NCBI GenBank assembly: GCA_964603585.1
Contig: CAZRVK010000004.1
Location: 128,438 to 192,437, forward strand
DNA length: 64,000 bases
Direction of reading: 5' to 3'
DNA from: an uncultured Planctomycetales bacterium
GTDB lineage: Bacteria; Omnitrophota; Gorgyraeia; Gygaellales; Profunditerraquicolaceae
The notes under the pieces are model-generated. The model was not told where the DNA came from, searched no databases, and worked only from the letters and a program-made list of their open reading frames with translations. A program made the translations under genes and the position numbers. Of the stretch, positions 10,327 through 21,441 are shown one piece after another. The first letter of the stretch is position 1. Every line of letters begins with the position of its first letter.

Positions 10327-10355
10327 TTGACAGAAGTATTGATTTAGGATATACT
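10327..10355 (+). promoter_or_regulatory. Sigma-70-type promoter: TTGACA, 17-nt spacer, TATACT, upstream of pgk
   Basis: TTGACA at 10327-10332, spacer 17, TATACT at 10350-10355. An AAGGAGG RBS precedes ATG 10387. Confidence 0.55.
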
Positions 10356-10386
10356 AACTGCTTCTTATAAGATTAAGGAGGATGCT

Positions 10387-11571
10387 ATGCCTAAAATGAC
10401 CTTAAAAGACCTGGACATGAAAAATAAGCTGGTTTTGATGCGGGCGGATTTTAATGTGCCGCAAGATGCGGATCTTCATATTACGGATGATACGCGGATC
10501 CGTTCAACATTGCCGACCATAAATTATATTTTGAAGAACGGTATGGCTAAAAAGCTTATTTTGATCAGCCATCTTGGCCGGCCTGATGGCAAGGTTGTGG
10601 CTAAATACAGCTTAAAACCGGTAGCCGATAGGCTTGCGGCGTTATTAAAGGAGCCGGTAAAATTTGTTACTGATTGCGTGGGGGATGCAGTTAAGGCAGA
10701 AATCGATGCCGCAACTGAACGAGTAATTCTTTTAGAAAACCTGCGTTTTCATCCAGAAGAAGAAGCAAATGAGGCGAATTTTGCCAAACAATTAGCCTGT
10801 TTAGGGGAAGTTTTCGTTAATGATGCGTTTGGTACGGCTCATCGCGCGCATGCTTCAACCGAAGGAGTAACTCATTATTTAAAATCCGGGGCGGGAATCC
10901 TTTTGGATAAGGAGATCCAGTATTTAGGCAGTGCGGTTTCAAACCCCCAACGGCCGTTTGCGGTGATCTTAGGCGGGGCCAAAGTCTCCGATAAGATCGG
11001 TGTGATCGACAACCTCTTGCCTAAATGCGATACGATCATTATCGGCGGCGGGATGGCTTATACATTTTTAAAAGCAAAAGGCAAAGAGATCGGGAATTCG
11101 AAGCTGGAGAAGGAAAAGCTGGATGTGGCCAAGGCGATCTTAGATAAAGCCGCACAGATGAATAAACAGATACTGCTACCGGTTGATAACGTGGTGGTCG
11201 ATACGATCGATCCCAATGCAAAGAGTGAAATTGTCGGTGAGGATATCCCCGCCGGAAAAATTGCCGTGGATATCGGGCCGAAAACTATCGATTTATTCAA
11301 TACCCATCTTGAAAAAGCAAAGACAATTGTCTGGAATGGTCCGTTAGGTATATTTGAGATGGATGCCTTTAGCAAAGGCACCCGGGAAGTCGCTAAATTC
11401 GTAGGCAAGCTCCGTGCTACTACAATTATCGGAGGAGGAGATACGGCAGCAGCAATAGCAAAATTTAATTTAGAAGGAAAGATGACGCATATATCCACTG
11501 GCGGCGGGGCAAGCCTGGAGTTTTTAGAAGGCAAAACCCTTCCCGGAGTTGCGGCATTAACGGAGAAATAA
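10387..11571 (+). CDS. pgk: Phosphoglycerate kinase
   Basis: Full-length PGK pattern (RADFNVP, ILISHLGRP, GGGDT near the C-terminus). Confidence 0.95.
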   Translation: MPKMTLKDLDMKNKLVLMRADFNVPQDADLHITDDTRIRSTLPTINYILKNGMAKKLILISHLGRPDGKVVAKYSLKPVADRLAALLKEPVKFVTDCVGDAVKAEIDAATERVILLENLRFHPEEEANEANFAKQLACLGEVFVNDAFGTAHRAHASTEGVTHYLKSGAGILLDKEIQYLGSAVSNPQRPFAVILGGAKVSDKIGVIDNLLPKCDTIIIGGGMAYTFLKAKGKEIGNSKLEKEKLDVAKAILDKAAQMNKQILLPVDNVVVDTIDPNAKSEIVGEDIPAGKIAVDIGPKTIDLFNTHLEKAKTIVWNGPLGIFEMDAFSKGTREVAKFVGKLRATTIIGGGDTAAAIAKFNLEGKMTHISTGGGASLEFLEGKTLPGVAALTEK

Positions 11572-11572
11572 A

Positions 11573-12346
11573 ATGAGAAAAACGATTATTGCCGGGAACT
11601 GGAAGATGTATAAAACCGTAGATGAAGCGATAGAATTAGCTAACGGTTTAAAGAGGGATTTGTTTAAAATTGCTCCGGAGGATATTGATATCGTGATCTG
11701 CCCGCCATTCACTGCTTTAACTGAAACCGGGGAGGTAATTGCCGAGTCTAATATTCAATTAGGCGCACAAAATTGCTATTGGCAGGAGGAAGGCGCCTTT
11801 ACCGGAGAGGTTTCCTGTAAAATGATCCGAAATACCGGCGCAAAATATGTGATCATCGGCCATTCGGAACGCCGCCAGTTTTTTGGCGAAACAAACGAGA
11901 CGGTAAGCAAAAAACTCGCGGCTGCCTTAAAATCCGGGTTATTGCCGATCGTCTGCGTAGGCGAAACGTTAGAGGAACGGGAGAAAAAAGATACTTTTAA
12001 GGTCATAGATCAGCATGTAAAGAATGGCTTGAAAGGTATCAGTAAGGAAGATGCTTTGAAGGTAACAATCGCCTATGAACCGGTATGGGCGATCGGGACC
12101 GGAAAAACTGCAACTTCTGCACAGGCTCAGGAAGTGCATAAATATATCCGCGGCCTTCTGCGGGAAATGTTCGATTCCGATTTAGCCGAACAAATGCGTA
12201 TTCAATACGGCGGAAGCGTTAAGCCGGAAAATATTGTTGAGTTGATGCAACAAGCTGATGTGGATGGAGCCTTGGTGGGTGGGGCAAGCCTTAAGATCGA
12301 TTCTTTTACTGCAATTGTCCAGAAAGCGAGTGAAGTGAAAAAATGA
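11573..12346 (+). CDS. tpiA: Triosephosphate isomerase
   Basis: IIAGNWKM, IGHSERR, AYEPVWAIGTGKTAT. Confidence 0.95.
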   Translation: MRKTIIAGNWKMYKTVDEAIELANGLKRDLFKIAPEDIDIVICPPFTALTETGEVIAESNIQLGAQNCYWQEEGAFTGEVSCKMIRNTGAKYVIIGHSERRQFFGETNETVSKKLAAALKSGLLPIVCVGETLEEREKKDTFKVIDQHVKNGLKGISKEDALKVTIAYEPVWAIGTGKTATSAQAQEVHKYIRGLLREMFDSDLAEQMRIQYGGSVKPENIVELMQQADVDGALVGGASLKIDSFTAIVQKASEVKK

Positions 12347-12732
12347 TGACCGCAATTATTGTTTTACATTGTATTATTTGCGCATTACTGATCGTAATTA
12401 TCCTTATCCAGGCTGGCCGCGGGGGAGGTTTTGTGGAAAGCCTGGCAGGAGTTGAGTCGATGTTTGGCACAAAAACCAGCGCATTCCTGACCAAAGCCAC
12501 CAGCATTCTGGCGACGCTCTTTTTTGTTACCTGTGTGGGCCTTGCTTTCATGTCTGCCCAAAGGGGAAAGTCTTTATTGCGTAATGTAAAGACTGCCCCG
12601 GGAGAAAGTGCCGCCGCAGTAAACAGCGAGAACCCTGCACAGGCAAAGGTTACGGAGAAATCTGATACGCAACCAAACGCACCTTTAGATACGAAAACAA
12701 CTGAAGCCGCCAAAACAACCGAAGCTAAATAA
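12343..12732 (+). CDS. secG: Preprotein translocase subunit SecG with low-complexity C-terminal tail
   Basis: LLIVIILIQAGRGGG is the SecG signature. Conserved pgk-tpiA-secG order. The tail is Thr/Ala/Lys-rich. Confidence 0.8.
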   Translation: MMTAIIVLHCIICALLIVIILIQAGRGGGFVESLAGVESMFGTKTSAFLTKATSILATLFFVTCVGLAFMSAQRGKSLLRNVKTAPGESAAAVNSENPAQAKVTEKSDTQPNAPLDTKTTEAAKTTEAK

Positions 12733-12740
12733 ATCAAGGC

Positions 12741-14372
12741 TTGATGAAAGCTTTTAAAAATAGGTTAATAAAAAGACTGTCGCATTCCGCGATAGTCTTT
12801 TTTATTTCCGCCTGGGGGGGGATCATCCTTGAATCCCATGCCGCGGATTATGGCGATGCATTGGTCAACGGCTCATTTTCCGATGCACGGACCTTATTGC
12901 CGATCCTTGCTTCGGATTCCGCCTCCAGCGAAATTTGCGGCCTGATCTTTAATGGGCTGGTCAAATATGATAAAAACATCAATCTTACTGGCGATCTGGC
13001 CGAAAGCTGGGAGATTAAAGATGACGGGTTAACCATAATTTTTCATTTGCGCCAAGACGTTCGTTGGCATGACGGAGTAAAGTTTACTGCACAGGATGTG
13101 GAATTCACCTATCAAAAACTAATCTCTCCTGATGTCCGCACCCCCTATAGCGGAGATTTCGAGCGGGTTAAATCCCTGGAAGTTTTGGATAATTACACCA
13201 TAAAAGTCAGTTACAAAGAGCCTTTTGCTCCTGGTTTAAGCAGTTGGAGCATGCCTGTATTACCCAAACATCTCCTTAAGAAAGAGGATTTCAATACCAC
13301 GAAGTTTGCCAGGAGCCCTATTGGCACCGGGCCGTACAAATTCAAATCATGGAGTGCGCAAAATAAAATCGAGTTAGTGGCTAATCCGGAATATTTCGAA
13401 AAACGCCCTTTTATTGACCGGCAGGTTTTTCGGGTCATTCCGGACCAGGCTACGATCTTCCTTGAGTTGCAAGCGCTTGGTATCGATTCTGCAACATTAA
13501 CCCCTTTACAATACTCCCGCCAAACCCAGAATAATTTTTTTAATAAATATTACAGAAAATTCAAGCTCTCCAGCTTTAGCTATACATATTTAGGTTATAA
13601 TTTACGTAATCCGCTGTTTACTGATAAGCGTGTGCGCAAGGCCTTGAATTATGCTGTGAATAAAGAAGAGATCATTAAGATCGTTTTATTAGGTTTAGGC
13701 GAAGTTGCGACCGGCCCTTTTGTCAGGGAATCCTGGGCTTATAATACTAAGGTGCAGCCTGCGCAATTTGATCAGGAACAGGCCAAGCGCCTTTTAGACG
13801 AATCCGGATGGCGGGATACAAATCGCGATGGCTGGCTGGATAAAAACGGGGAGAAGTTTGAATTCACCATAATCACCAATCAAGGCAATGATGAGCGGAC
13901 TAAGATTGCAGAGATAATCCAGAGCCGCCTGAAGGATATTGGGATAAAGGTTAAGATCAAAGTAGTAGAGTGGAGCGTACTTTTGACGGAATTCCTTGAT
14001 AAACGCAATTTCGACGCTATTTTAATGGGCTGGTCTCTCGGCAGGGACCCAGATAATTATGATATCTGGCATTCTTCTAAAACCAGGGAAGGGGAATTTA
14101 ATTTCATTAATTATAAAAATGCTGACCTGGATAAGCTTTTGGAAGATGCACGGCGTACCTTTGATCAGGAAAAAAGAAGGTTTGAGTACCAAAAGATTCA
14201 GCAGATATTATACGAAGACCAGCCGTATATGTTCCTTTATGTTGCCAATAGCCTGCCGATATTAAGCAGCCGGTTTCAGGAAGTTAATCCCGCGCCTTTA
14301 GGGATCGGGTATAATCTAATTGATTGGTGGGTGCCGGTTCATGAACAAAGATATATACGTATGCAAGAATAA
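12741..14372 (+). CDS. ABC transporter substrate-binding protein, family 5 (peptide/nickel, Opp/Dpp-type)
   Basis: Signal peptide. Size and motifs of family 5 substrate-binding proteins. Followed by two permeases and two ATPases. Confidence 0.85.
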   Translation: MMKAFKNRLIKRLSHSAIVFFISAWGGIILESHAADYGDALVNGSFSDARTLLPILASDSASSEICGLIFNGLVKYDKNINLTGDLAESWEIKDDGLTIIFHLRQDVRWHDGVKFTAQDVEFTYQKLISPDVRTPYSGDFERVKSLEVLDNYTIKVSYKEPFAPGLSSWSMPVLPKHLLKKEDFNTTKFARSPIGTGPYKFKSWSAQNKIELVANPEYFEKRPFIDRQVFRVIPDQATIFLELQALGIDSATLTPLQYSRQTQNNFFNKYYRKFKLSSFSYTYLGYNLRNPLFTDKRVRKALNYAVNKEEIIKIVLLGLGEVATGPFVRESWAYNTKVQPAQFDQEQAKRLLDESGWRDTNRDGWLDKNGEKFEFTIITNQGNDERTKIAEIIQSRLKDIGIKVKIKVVEWSVLLTEFLDKRNFDAILMGWSLGRDPDNYDIWHSSKTREGEFNFINYKNADLDKLLEDARRTFDQEKRRFEYQKIQQILYEDQPYMFLYVANSLPILSSRFQEVNPAPLGIGYNLIDWWVPVHEQRYIRMQE

Positions 14373-14406
14373 CAAACCTTGAGGGCCGTATGGACAAGAG
14401 GAGTCA

Positions 14407-15384
14407 ATGATAGGATATATATTTAGAAGATTACTTGGTATTATCCCTTTGCTGATCGGGATTACGATCATCAGTTTTGCTGTGATCCATTTGGCTCCGG
14501 GTAAACCGGTTGCAATCGAACAAGCGCTTAACCCTAAGGTATCTACGCAAGTCCGGGAAAAACTAAATAAGCTGTATGGCTTGGATAAACCTTTACCTGT
14601 ACAGTATGCTGCCTGGGTGGCTAAATTGGCAAAACTTGATTTTGGCCGTTCTTTTGGCGATAACCGCCCGGTCTCGGAAAAAATCATTGAACGTCTGCCG
14701 ATCACCCTGACAATAAATTTGCTGTCTCTTTTATTCATCTTGGCGGTTGCCATTCCTATTGGCATCAAAAGCGCCCTTCATCCTGGTGGGATATTCGACC
14801 GCAGTATGACGGTATTTGTTTTTCTCACATTTTCTCTTCCGGGATTTTGGCTGGGGTTATTGCTGTTAAACCTGTTTGGAGTAACCTGGCGAATGTTCCC
14901 GGTATCAGGTATCACATCCCTGGATTTCGAATATTTAAGTTTTTGGCAGAAGATAATGGATCTATCAAAACACCTTATTCTGCCGGTATTGGTGTCGGCC
15001 GTATCGGGATTAGCGGGGCTATCCCGGTATATGCGTTCGAGCATGATCCAAGTCATGCAGGAGCCTTATATCTATACTGCCAGAGCAAAAGGTGTCCCCG
15101 AGAACCGGATCATTTACAAACATGCGTTACGGAACGCGATCCTACCGATAGTTACTATCCTTGGCCTTTCGATCCCCGGGCTTTTAGGGGGAAGCGTTAT
15201 TTTTGAATCGATTTTTGCTATTCCCGGGGCAGGAAGATTATTTTATGAGGCGGTAATGATGCGGGATTATCCTTTGATCATGGCAGAAATCGTAATTATC
15301 GCGTTATTGACCATGCTGGGTAATTTGATCGCAGACATCAGTTATGCATACGTTGATCCGCGAATTCGTTTAAGAAAACAATGA
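14407..15384 (+). CDS. ABC transporter permease (DppB/OppB-like)
   Basis: Six TM helices and the EAA-like region of the BPD transport-system family. Confidence 0.85.
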   Translation: MIGYIFRRLLGIIPLLIGITIISFAVIHLAPGKPVAIEQALNPKVSTQVREKLNKLYGLDKPLPVQYAAWVAKLAKLDFGRSFGDNRPVSEKIIERLPITLTINLLSLLFILAVAIPIGIKSALHPGGIFDRSMTVFVFLTFSLPGFWLGLLLLNLFGVTWRMFPVSGITSLDFEYLSFWQKIMDLSKHLILPVLVSAVSGLAGLSRYMRSSMIQVMQEPYIYTARAKGVPENRIIYKHALRNAILPIVTILGLSIPGLLGGSVIFESIFAIPGAGRLFYEAVMMRDYPLIMAEIVIIALLTMLGNLIADISYAYVDPRIRLRKQ

Positions 15385-16184
15385 GAACTATGAAAAATCC
15401 CGCATTACTTATTGGCGGTTTGATAATTGGTTTTTTTACCCTTGTTGCGGTTTTTGCGCCGTTGATTAGTCCATATGACCCATCATTGATCGATCAAAAT
15501 AATCTGCTTGCACCGCCTTCTTTACAGCATCTATTCGGTACAGACAGCCTTGGCCGGGATATTTTAAGCCGGATGATATATGGTGCGCGGATATCCTTAA
15601 GTATCGGATTGATCGCCGTAGGAATTGCCACTCTCGTAGGGGTTGTTTTAGGGTCTTTAGCGGGATTCTATGGAGGGGTATGCGACACTGTAATTATGCG
15701 TTTTGTGGATATTATGCTTTGTTTTCCCAGCTTTTTCCTGATTTTGGCGGTAGTTGCGATACTTGAGCCTTCCATTTTCAATATTATGGTCATAATTGGT
15801 TTAACCGGCTGGATGGGGTCAGCTAGATTAGTGCGGGCGGAGATCATGACCCTTAAGGAAAGGGAGTATATTCAGGCCGCCCATGCTATTGGCGCATCAG
15901 GCTTTCGGATTATTACCCGGCATCTCTTGCCGAATGCCATTGGTCCGGTGTTAGTTAATGCCACCTTAGGGATTGCCGGCGCGATCTTACTGGAATCAGG
16001 ATTAAGCTTTTTAGGTTTAGGGGTGCAGCCGCCGGTTTCAAGCTGGGGGAATATTCTGATCGAAGCTAAATCTACTCTTGGGGTCGCCTGGTGGGTAACT
16101 TTATTCCCGGGGCTAGCGATTTTAGTTACTATCCTGGGATTTAATTTCCTAAGCGAAGGATTAAAAAGGATACTGGAGGAGTAG
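15381..16184 (+). CDS. ABC transporter permease (DppC/OppC-like)
   Basis: TM permease with overlapping start. Conserved architecture. Confidence 0.85.
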   Translation: MRTMKNPALLIGGLIIGFFTLVAVFAPLISPYDPSLIDQNNLLAPPSLQHLFGTDSLGRDILSRMIYGARISLSIGLIAVGIATLVGVVLGSLAGFYGGVCDTVIMRFVDIMLCFPSFFLILAVVAILEPSIFNIMVIIGLTGWMGSARLVRAEIMTLKEREYIQAAHAIGASGFRIITRHLLPNAIGPVLVNATLGIAGAILLESGLSFLGLGVQPPVSSWGNILIEAKSTLGVAWWVTLFPGLAILVTILGFNFLSEGLKRILEE

Positions 16185-16203
16185 TGAAGGGATAAAAGAA
16201 ACG

Positions 16204-16998
16204 ATGAATAAGTTACTTGAGATAAAGGAATTAACGGTTGAGTTTAACCTGCCTAAGCAGTCTTTTGTAGCAGTAAGGAATGTTAATTTAGATGTTGCAG
16301 AGAATGAGACCGTGGTAATCGCAGGAGAATCTGGATCGGGAAAAACCATAACTGCCCGGTCAATCGGCAGGATTATTCCAGAAAATGCCCGGATTGTTTC
16401 GGGAGAAATTACCTTTGCGGATAATAACCTGCTGCGATTACGCGATGGTGATCTAACTAAGATCCGCGGCCGCCAGATCGCATATATATTCCAGGAACCA
16501 GCCAGTTTCCTGAATCCGGTTTATACCGTAGGCAGCCAAATTGTAGAGGCGATACTTCTGCATCAGAATAAAACCCTTCTTCAGGCGCATAATGCTGCGG
16601 TAAAGTTGCTGGATAGAGTAAAGATCAAGGATCCCTCAAGGGTATTTCTCGATTATCCACATCAGCTTTCTGGAGGAATGAATCAACGGGTTTTTATTGC
16701 CATGGCCTTAGCCTGTAATCCTAAGCTTTTGATTGCCGATGAGCCGACTACCGCGCTTGATGTAACCATCGAAGCACAGATTTTACAGCTTCTCCTGGAA
16801 CTTAAAAATGAGCTTGGTTTTTCCCTGCTATTTATCACACATAATTTGTCTATTGCCAAGAATATCGCAGACAGGATTTACGTGATGCATAAAGGCGAAA
16901 TAGTGGAATCAGGAAAAGTTGATACTATATTCAATGCCCCACAGCATTTCCACACTAAAGAGCTGATCAAGGCGTATGAATTAATCGGAAGGCTGTGA
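16204..16998 (+). CDS. ABC transporter ATP-binding protein (DppD/OppD-like)
   Basis: Walker [17 protein letters not shown] signature, Walker B LLIADEPT. Confidence 0.9.
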   Translation: MNKLLEIKELTVEFNLPKQSFVAVRNVNLDVAENETVVIAGESGSGKTITARSIGRIIPENARIVSGEITFADNNLLRLRDGDLTKIRGRQIAYIFQEPASFLNPVYTVGSQIVEAILLHQNKTLLQAHNAAVKLLDRVKIKDPSRVFLDYPHQLSGGMNQRVFIAMALACNPKLLIADEPTTALDVTIEAQILQLLLELKNELGFSLLFITHNLSIAKNIADRIYVMHKGEIVESGKVDTIFNAPQHFHTKELIKAYELIGRL

Positions 16999-17041
16999 AA
17001 ACAGCGTATCGATCAATGAAAGATGAGGCCGATAAGAATAA

Positions 17042-17794
17042 ATGATCCTTAATGTTAAGAATATTTCAAAAAGTTTCGTTATCGAACGGGGAATGTTTAA
17101 AGGTTACTCTGGAAAACTCAAAGCCCTGGATTGTGTAAGTTTTTCTCTGGCAGGTTCCGATACGCTTGGACTGGTGGGTGAATCAGGATCCGGAAAGACT
17201 ACCCTGGCAAAAATCATCCTTGGGTTGATACCCGCTGATTCCGGAGAAATAACTTTTAACCCTAAAATAATCAGTAATTTGCATAAAGATGCCGGGATGG
17301 TATTCCAGAATCCTTATAACAGCCTTGATCCTAAAATGAAGGTATTAGATATAATCGCAGAACCGTTAGCTATTCACCGGATCGTAAAGCCTAAAGCCAT
17401 AAAAGAAGAAGTTGTCCGGCTTCTTGGACTGGTTGGTTTGACTGCGGATATGGTTAATCGGTATCCTAAAGAATTCTCCGGTGGACAGCGCCAGAGAATC
17501 GCTATTGCCCGGGCTTTGGCAAGTCAGCCTAAATTACTTATTTTAGATGAGCCGATTTCATCGCTTGACCTTACTGTCCAGGCGCAAATGCTGGAATTGT
17601 TTTCTGAATTAAGAAAAAAACTTAATTTAACCTATATTTTTATCAGCCATAACCTGGCGGTGATCAAGCGTATCGCTAATCAGGTTATGGTGATGAAAGA
17701 CGGCGTAATTGTTGAAAACGCATCAGCTGATGAGATTTTTATACATCCAGCTCATCCATATACTCAAGCGCTTTTATCTGTATCTCAAGAATAG
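17042..17794 (+). CDS. ABC transporter ATP-binding protein (DppF/OppF-like)
   Basis: [24 protein letters not shown]. Confidence 0.9.
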   Translation: MILNVKNISKSFVIERGMFKGYSGKLKALDCVSFSLAGSDTLGLVGESGSGKTTLAKIILGLIPADSGEITFNPKIISNLHKDAGMVFQNPYNSLDPKMKVLDIIAEPLAIHRIVKPKAIKEEVVRLLGLVGLTADMVNRYPKEFSGGQRQRIAIARALASQPKLLILDEPISSLDLTVQAQMLELFSELRKKLNLTYIFISHNLAVIKRIANQVMVMKDGVIVENASADEIFIHPAHPYTQALLSVSQE

Positions 17795-17814
17795 AATATT
17801 TAATGCGCGGATTA

Positions 17815-17836
17815 GGGGGCGGTCACGACCGCCCCC
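17815..17836 (+). terminator. GC-rich hairpin terminator after the ABC transporter operon
   Basis: GGGGGCGG / CCGCCCCC with a 6-nt loop. Weak U tract (TACAGAATAAA). Confidence 0.5.
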
Positions 17837-17890
17837 TACAGAATAAATAGCCTGCTAATTGTTCAGTTTAGACAACGGATGGTATTTTAC

Positions 17891-17918
17891 TTGATTTTTC
17901 TTAAGGCTTAGATATAAT
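17891..17918 (+). promoter_or_regulatory. Sigma-70-type promoter: TTGATT, 16-nt spacer, TATAAT
   Basis: TTGATT at 17891-17896, TATAAT at 17913-17918, about 10 nt before ATG 17929. Confidence 0.45.
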
Positions 17919-17928
17919 AACCTTTGTA

Positions 17929-18528
17929 ATGAAAATCCTTGAGCCGTATATATTAACGTTTATTCCCTTGTTTGTTGCGGTAGATGCGATAGGTAATATA
18001 CCGCTCTTTGTATCTTTGGTTGACGGGGTTTCAAAAAAACAAAAACACAAGATCATTATTGATTCGGTAGTTACGGCAACCGTAATGGCGATCGTGTTCA
18101 TGTTCTTAGGCAAGATCGTGCTAAGAATGTTGGGGATTACTATTGCGGATTTTCAGATTGCCGGCGGTTTGCTGTTATTCATTATTGCGGTACGGCTTTT
18201 AATGCCAGGGGCACAAAAAAGCAGTATCACCGGAAGCACACAAAATAAGGACGTGGGAGTATTTCCTTTAGGAACCCCGCTTATTACCGGGCCGGCAGTG
18301 TTAACAACGACTTTGATACTTTGCGATACTTATGGCCGGACACCAACTTTTGTAGCTTTAGTGTTAAACATGGTTTTTGTCTGGTTTAGTTTGGTTAAAT
18401 CCGATATGATCATAAAACTTCTGGGGCTTAACGGCACCAGAGCAATATCGAAGATCATGTATATTCTATTAGCGGCAATTGCGGTCATGATGGTTCGATT
18501 GGGGATAATGGGGGTTTTTATAAAATGA
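17929..18528 (+). CDS. MarC family (UPF0056) integral membrane protein
   Basis: N-terminus FIPLFVAVDAIGNIPLFVSL is typical of the MarC family. Six TM helices. Confidence 0.7.
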   Translation: MKILEPYILTFIPLFVAVDAIGNIPLFVSLVDGVSKKQKHKIIIDSVVTATVMAIVFMFLGKIVLRMLGITIADFQIAGGLLLFIIAVRLLMPGAQKSSITGSTQNKDVGVFPLGTPLITGPAVLTTTLILCDTYGRTPTFVALVLNMVFVWFSLVKSDMIIKLLGLNGTRAISKIMYILLAAIAVMMVRLGIMGVFIK

Positions 18529-19751
18529 TGAAGAAGGTCCTTACTTTTATCATGGCAGGCGGAAAGGGTGAACGTCTCTGGCCTTTGACCAAAGACCGTA
18601 CAAAACCGGCTGTTCCTTTCGGAGGTATTTACCGAATAATCGATTTTACCTTAAGTAACTGCGTCAATTCAGGACTACGCCGTATCTATGTCTTGACCCA
18701 GTATAAATCCGCATCATTACAGAGGCATATCCGGTTAGGCTGGAATATTTTATCCTCGGAACTCGATGAATATATTGAATTACTGCCGGCCCAACAGAGG
18801 GTGGGAGATACCTGGTATTTAGGGACGGCAGATGCAATTTACCAAAATCTTTACACCTTGGAAAGCGACCGGCCTGATGAGGTCTTGATCTTAGCCGGCG
18901 ACCATGTTTATAAAATGAATTACTATACAATGATCGATTTTCACCGCGAGTTGGATGCCGATCTTACTGTAGGGGTAGTAGAGATAGATAAAAAAGAATC
19001 AACTCATTTCGGAGTAGTTGAAGTCAATAATGACTGCAAAATGGTCGGTTTTGAGGAAAAACCGGTTAAGCCTAAAACCATCCCCAATAATTCCGAGAAG
19101 GTATATGCGTCCATGGGTATATATGTCTTTAAGAATTCGGTCTTAATGCAGGAGTTGCATGAAGATGCCTTAAAGACCAACTCTGCTCATGATTTCGGCA
19201 AAGAGATCATTCCGCAGATGATCAAAAAAGGGTATAAGGTGTGTGTGTATAATTTCAATGACGAGAATAAGAAAGGTTCCCAGTATTGGCGGGATATCGG
19301 GACTATCGATGCTTATTACGAGGCAAACCTAGATCTTGTCCAGATCGAACCGGTGTTTAACCTCTATGATCAGCATTGGCCTATCCGGACTTATCAAGAA
19401 CAATTCCCACCGGCCAAAACTGTTTTTTCCGGAGATGAGGTTGCTGGAAGGGTGGGCTTAGTGTTGGATTCTATGGTTGCCGGCGGTTGTATTATAAGCG
19501 GCGGCAGGGTGCAGCGTTCAGTAGTTTCCCAAAATGTCCGGGTCAACAGTTATTCCCAGGTTACCGATTCTATCCTCATGGAAGGTGTTAATGTAGGCAG
19601 ATACGCAAAAATCCGCAGGGCGATAATCGATAAGGATGTTACCATTCCTCCAGGTATGGTGATCGGATATGATTCTGAAGAAGACCGCAAACGGTTCGTA
19701 GTTACCGATACTGGGATTGTTGTCGTTGCCAAGAAAACTGAAATTAAATAG
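18525..19751 (+). CDS. glgC: Glucose-1-phosphate adenylyltransferase
   Basis: FIMAGGKGERLWPLT...PAVPFGG and a C-terminal left-handed beta-helix region. Confidence 0.9.
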   Translation: MMKKVLTFIMAGGKGERLWPLTKDRTKPAVPFGGIYRIIDFTLSNCVNSGLRRIYVLTQYKSASLQRHIRLGWNILSSELDEYIELLPAQQRVGDTWYLGTADAIYQNLYTLESDRPDEVLILAGDHVYKMNYYTMIDFHRELDADLTVGVVEIDKKESTHFGVVEVNNDCKMVGFEEKPVKPKTIPNNSEKVYASMGIYVFKNSVLMQELHEDALKTNSAHDFGKEIIPQMIKKGYKVCVYNFNDENKKGSQYWRDIGTIDAYYEANLDLVQIEPVFNLYDQHWPIRTYQEQFPPAKTVFSGDEVAGRVGLVLDSMVAGGCIISGGRVQRSVVSQNVRVNSYSQVTDSILMEGVNVGRYAKIRRAIIDKDVTIPPGMVIGYDSEEDRKRFVVTDTGIVVVAKKTEIK

Positions 19752-19764
19752 AAGGGGTAATTGC

Positions 19765-20220
19765 GTGTTACGTAAAGCCAAACTCGAAGACATAAAAGGA
19801 ATGCAGGTTTTGATAAATTCCTTTGCCGAAAAAAACTTGATGCTTCCCAGGTCACTAAATGAATTGTATGAAAATATCCGGGACTTCTGGGTATATGAAG
19901 ACAAAAAGAAGATTGTGGGCACTGCAGCACTGCACGTTTCATGGGATGATCTGGCGGAAATAAAATCGGTAGCGGTGCATAAGGATTGGCAGAATAAAGG
20001 CATAGGACGGGAACTGATCCTGGCATGTATTGATGAGGCAAGGCAACTGGGGTCAAAAAGGATATTTGTTCTAACCTATCAAGTGAAATATTTCACTAAA
20101 CTGGGCTTTAAGCGTATTAAACATGATCATCTGCCGCATAAAATCTGGGCTGAATGCATCAATTGTCCCAAATTCCCCAACTGTCAGGAAGTCGCCTTAT
20201 TAAAAAATATTGCCAAATAA
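19765..20220 (+). CDS. GNAT family N-acetyltransferase
   Basis: GTG start with a GAAGGGG RBS. Acetyl-CoA binding pattern (VAVHKDWQNKGIGREL). Confidence 0.65.
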   Translation: MLRKAKLEDIKGMQVLINSFAEKNLMLPRSLNELYENIRDFWVYEDKKKIVGTAALHVSWDDLAEIKSVAVHKDWQNKGIGRELILACIDEARQLGSKRIFVLTYQVKYFTKLGFKRIKHDHLPHKIWAECINCPKFPNCQEVALLKNIAK

Positions 20221-20280
20221 ACATTTTTGTAGTAGTATATCCACTTCATGGAATATGAACTTTTTTCAGGAGGTAGTTAA

Positions 20281-21432
20281 ATGGATTATTTATTAAGCGA
20301 AGAACAGATCATGGTGCAGGGCCTGGCGCGTAAGATCGCAGAAGAAAAGATCCGGCCGGTTGCGGCAAAATATGACCAAACTGAAGAGTATCCCTGGGAG
20401 GTGATCAAAGTGATTGCCGATGCCGGGCTGTTCGGTTTGTTTATCCCGGAGGCCTACGGAGGAATGGGTATAAATGTTATGAACCTGTGCCTGGCGACTG
20501 AAGAACTGTCTAAGGCCTGCGGAGGAGTAGCCGTTTGTTATGCCGCCTCGGCTTTAGGGACATTCCCGATCGTTCTCTTCGGTAATGAAGAGCAGAAGAA
20601 AAAATACCTTCCGGATCTGGCCAGCGGAAAAAAGATCGCCGCTTTTGGGATCACTGAACCGGAGGCCGGTTCGGACGCTTCCGCAATAAAGACTACGGCC
20701 AAAAAAGAAGGCGATCATTATATTCTAAACGGGCTTAAGCATTTCATTACTAATGGCGGTGATGCAGAAACCTATGTTGTCATTGCCATGACCGATAAAA
20801 CCCGGGGTGCCCGCGGGGCATCGGCTTTTATTGTCGAAAAAGGTACCCCCGGATTTAGTTTTGGCAAAAAAGAAGATAAATTCGGGATCCGCGCTTCTTC
20901 GACAAGAGAACTTATTTTTACCGATTGCAAGATCCCTAAGGCAAACCTGCTTGCCAAGGAAGGCATGGGTTTTATTGTTACGATGAAGACATTTGATATG
21001 TCCCGTCCGGGTGTTGCAGCACAGGCTTTGGGGATTGCTCAAGGCGCATTGGATTTATGCGTTAAATATGCCAGAGAAAGAAGGCAATTTGACCGGTCTA
21101 TTGCCAGCAATCAGGGGATACAGTGGATGATCGCCGATATGGCAACTGGGATCGAGGCGGCAAGAGGCTTAGTCTATGCTACCGCCAGAATGGTGGATGC
21201 GGGGAAAACTTCGGTAGCCAAAGAATCGGCTATGGCAAAAATGTATGCTTCCGATGTAGCGATGAAGGTTACGCTTGATGCAATGCAGATATTTGGAGGA
21301 TATGGATATATGAAGGATTACCCGATCGAAAAGTATGTCCGTGATGCCAAGATCACGCAGATCTATGAAGGGACAAACCAGATCCAGAGAGATATAATTG
21401 GCAAAGCGGTCATAAAAGAAGCGGCACAATAA
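20281..21432 (+). CDS. Acyl-CoA dehydrogenase (short-chain/butyryl-CoA dehydrogenase-like)
   Basis: ACAD N-terminal, middle and C-terminal domains with the catalytic region YEGTNQIQR. Confidence 0.9.
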   Translation: MDYLLSEEQIMVQGLARKIAEEKIRPVAAKYDQTEEYPWEVIKVIADAGLFGLFIPEAYGGMGINVMNLCLATEELSKACGGVAVCYAASALGTFPIVLFGNEEQKKKYLPDLASGKKIAAFGITEPEAGSDASAIKTTAKKEGDHYILNGLKHFITNGGDAETYVVIAMTDKTRGARGASAFIVEKGTPGFSFGKKEDKFGIRASSTRELIFTDCKIPKANLLAKEGMGFIVTMKTFDMSRPGVAAQALGIAQGALDLCVKYARERRQFDRSIASNQGIQWMIADMATGIEAARGLVYATARMVDAGKTSVAKESAMAKMYASDVAMKVTLDAMQIFGGYGYMKDYPIEKYVRDAKITQIYEGTNQIQRDIIGKAVIKEAAQ

Positions 21433-21441
21433 AACTCAAAA

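Noticed and set aside
11058-11534. Antisense ORFs inside conserved genes (for example 11058-11534, 12306-12737, 29762-30259, 48490-49014, 51583-52056 on the − strand)
   Set aside because: They overlap + strand genes that carry clear conserved catalytic motifs. They have low-complexity composition and no RBS, so they are treated as spurious.
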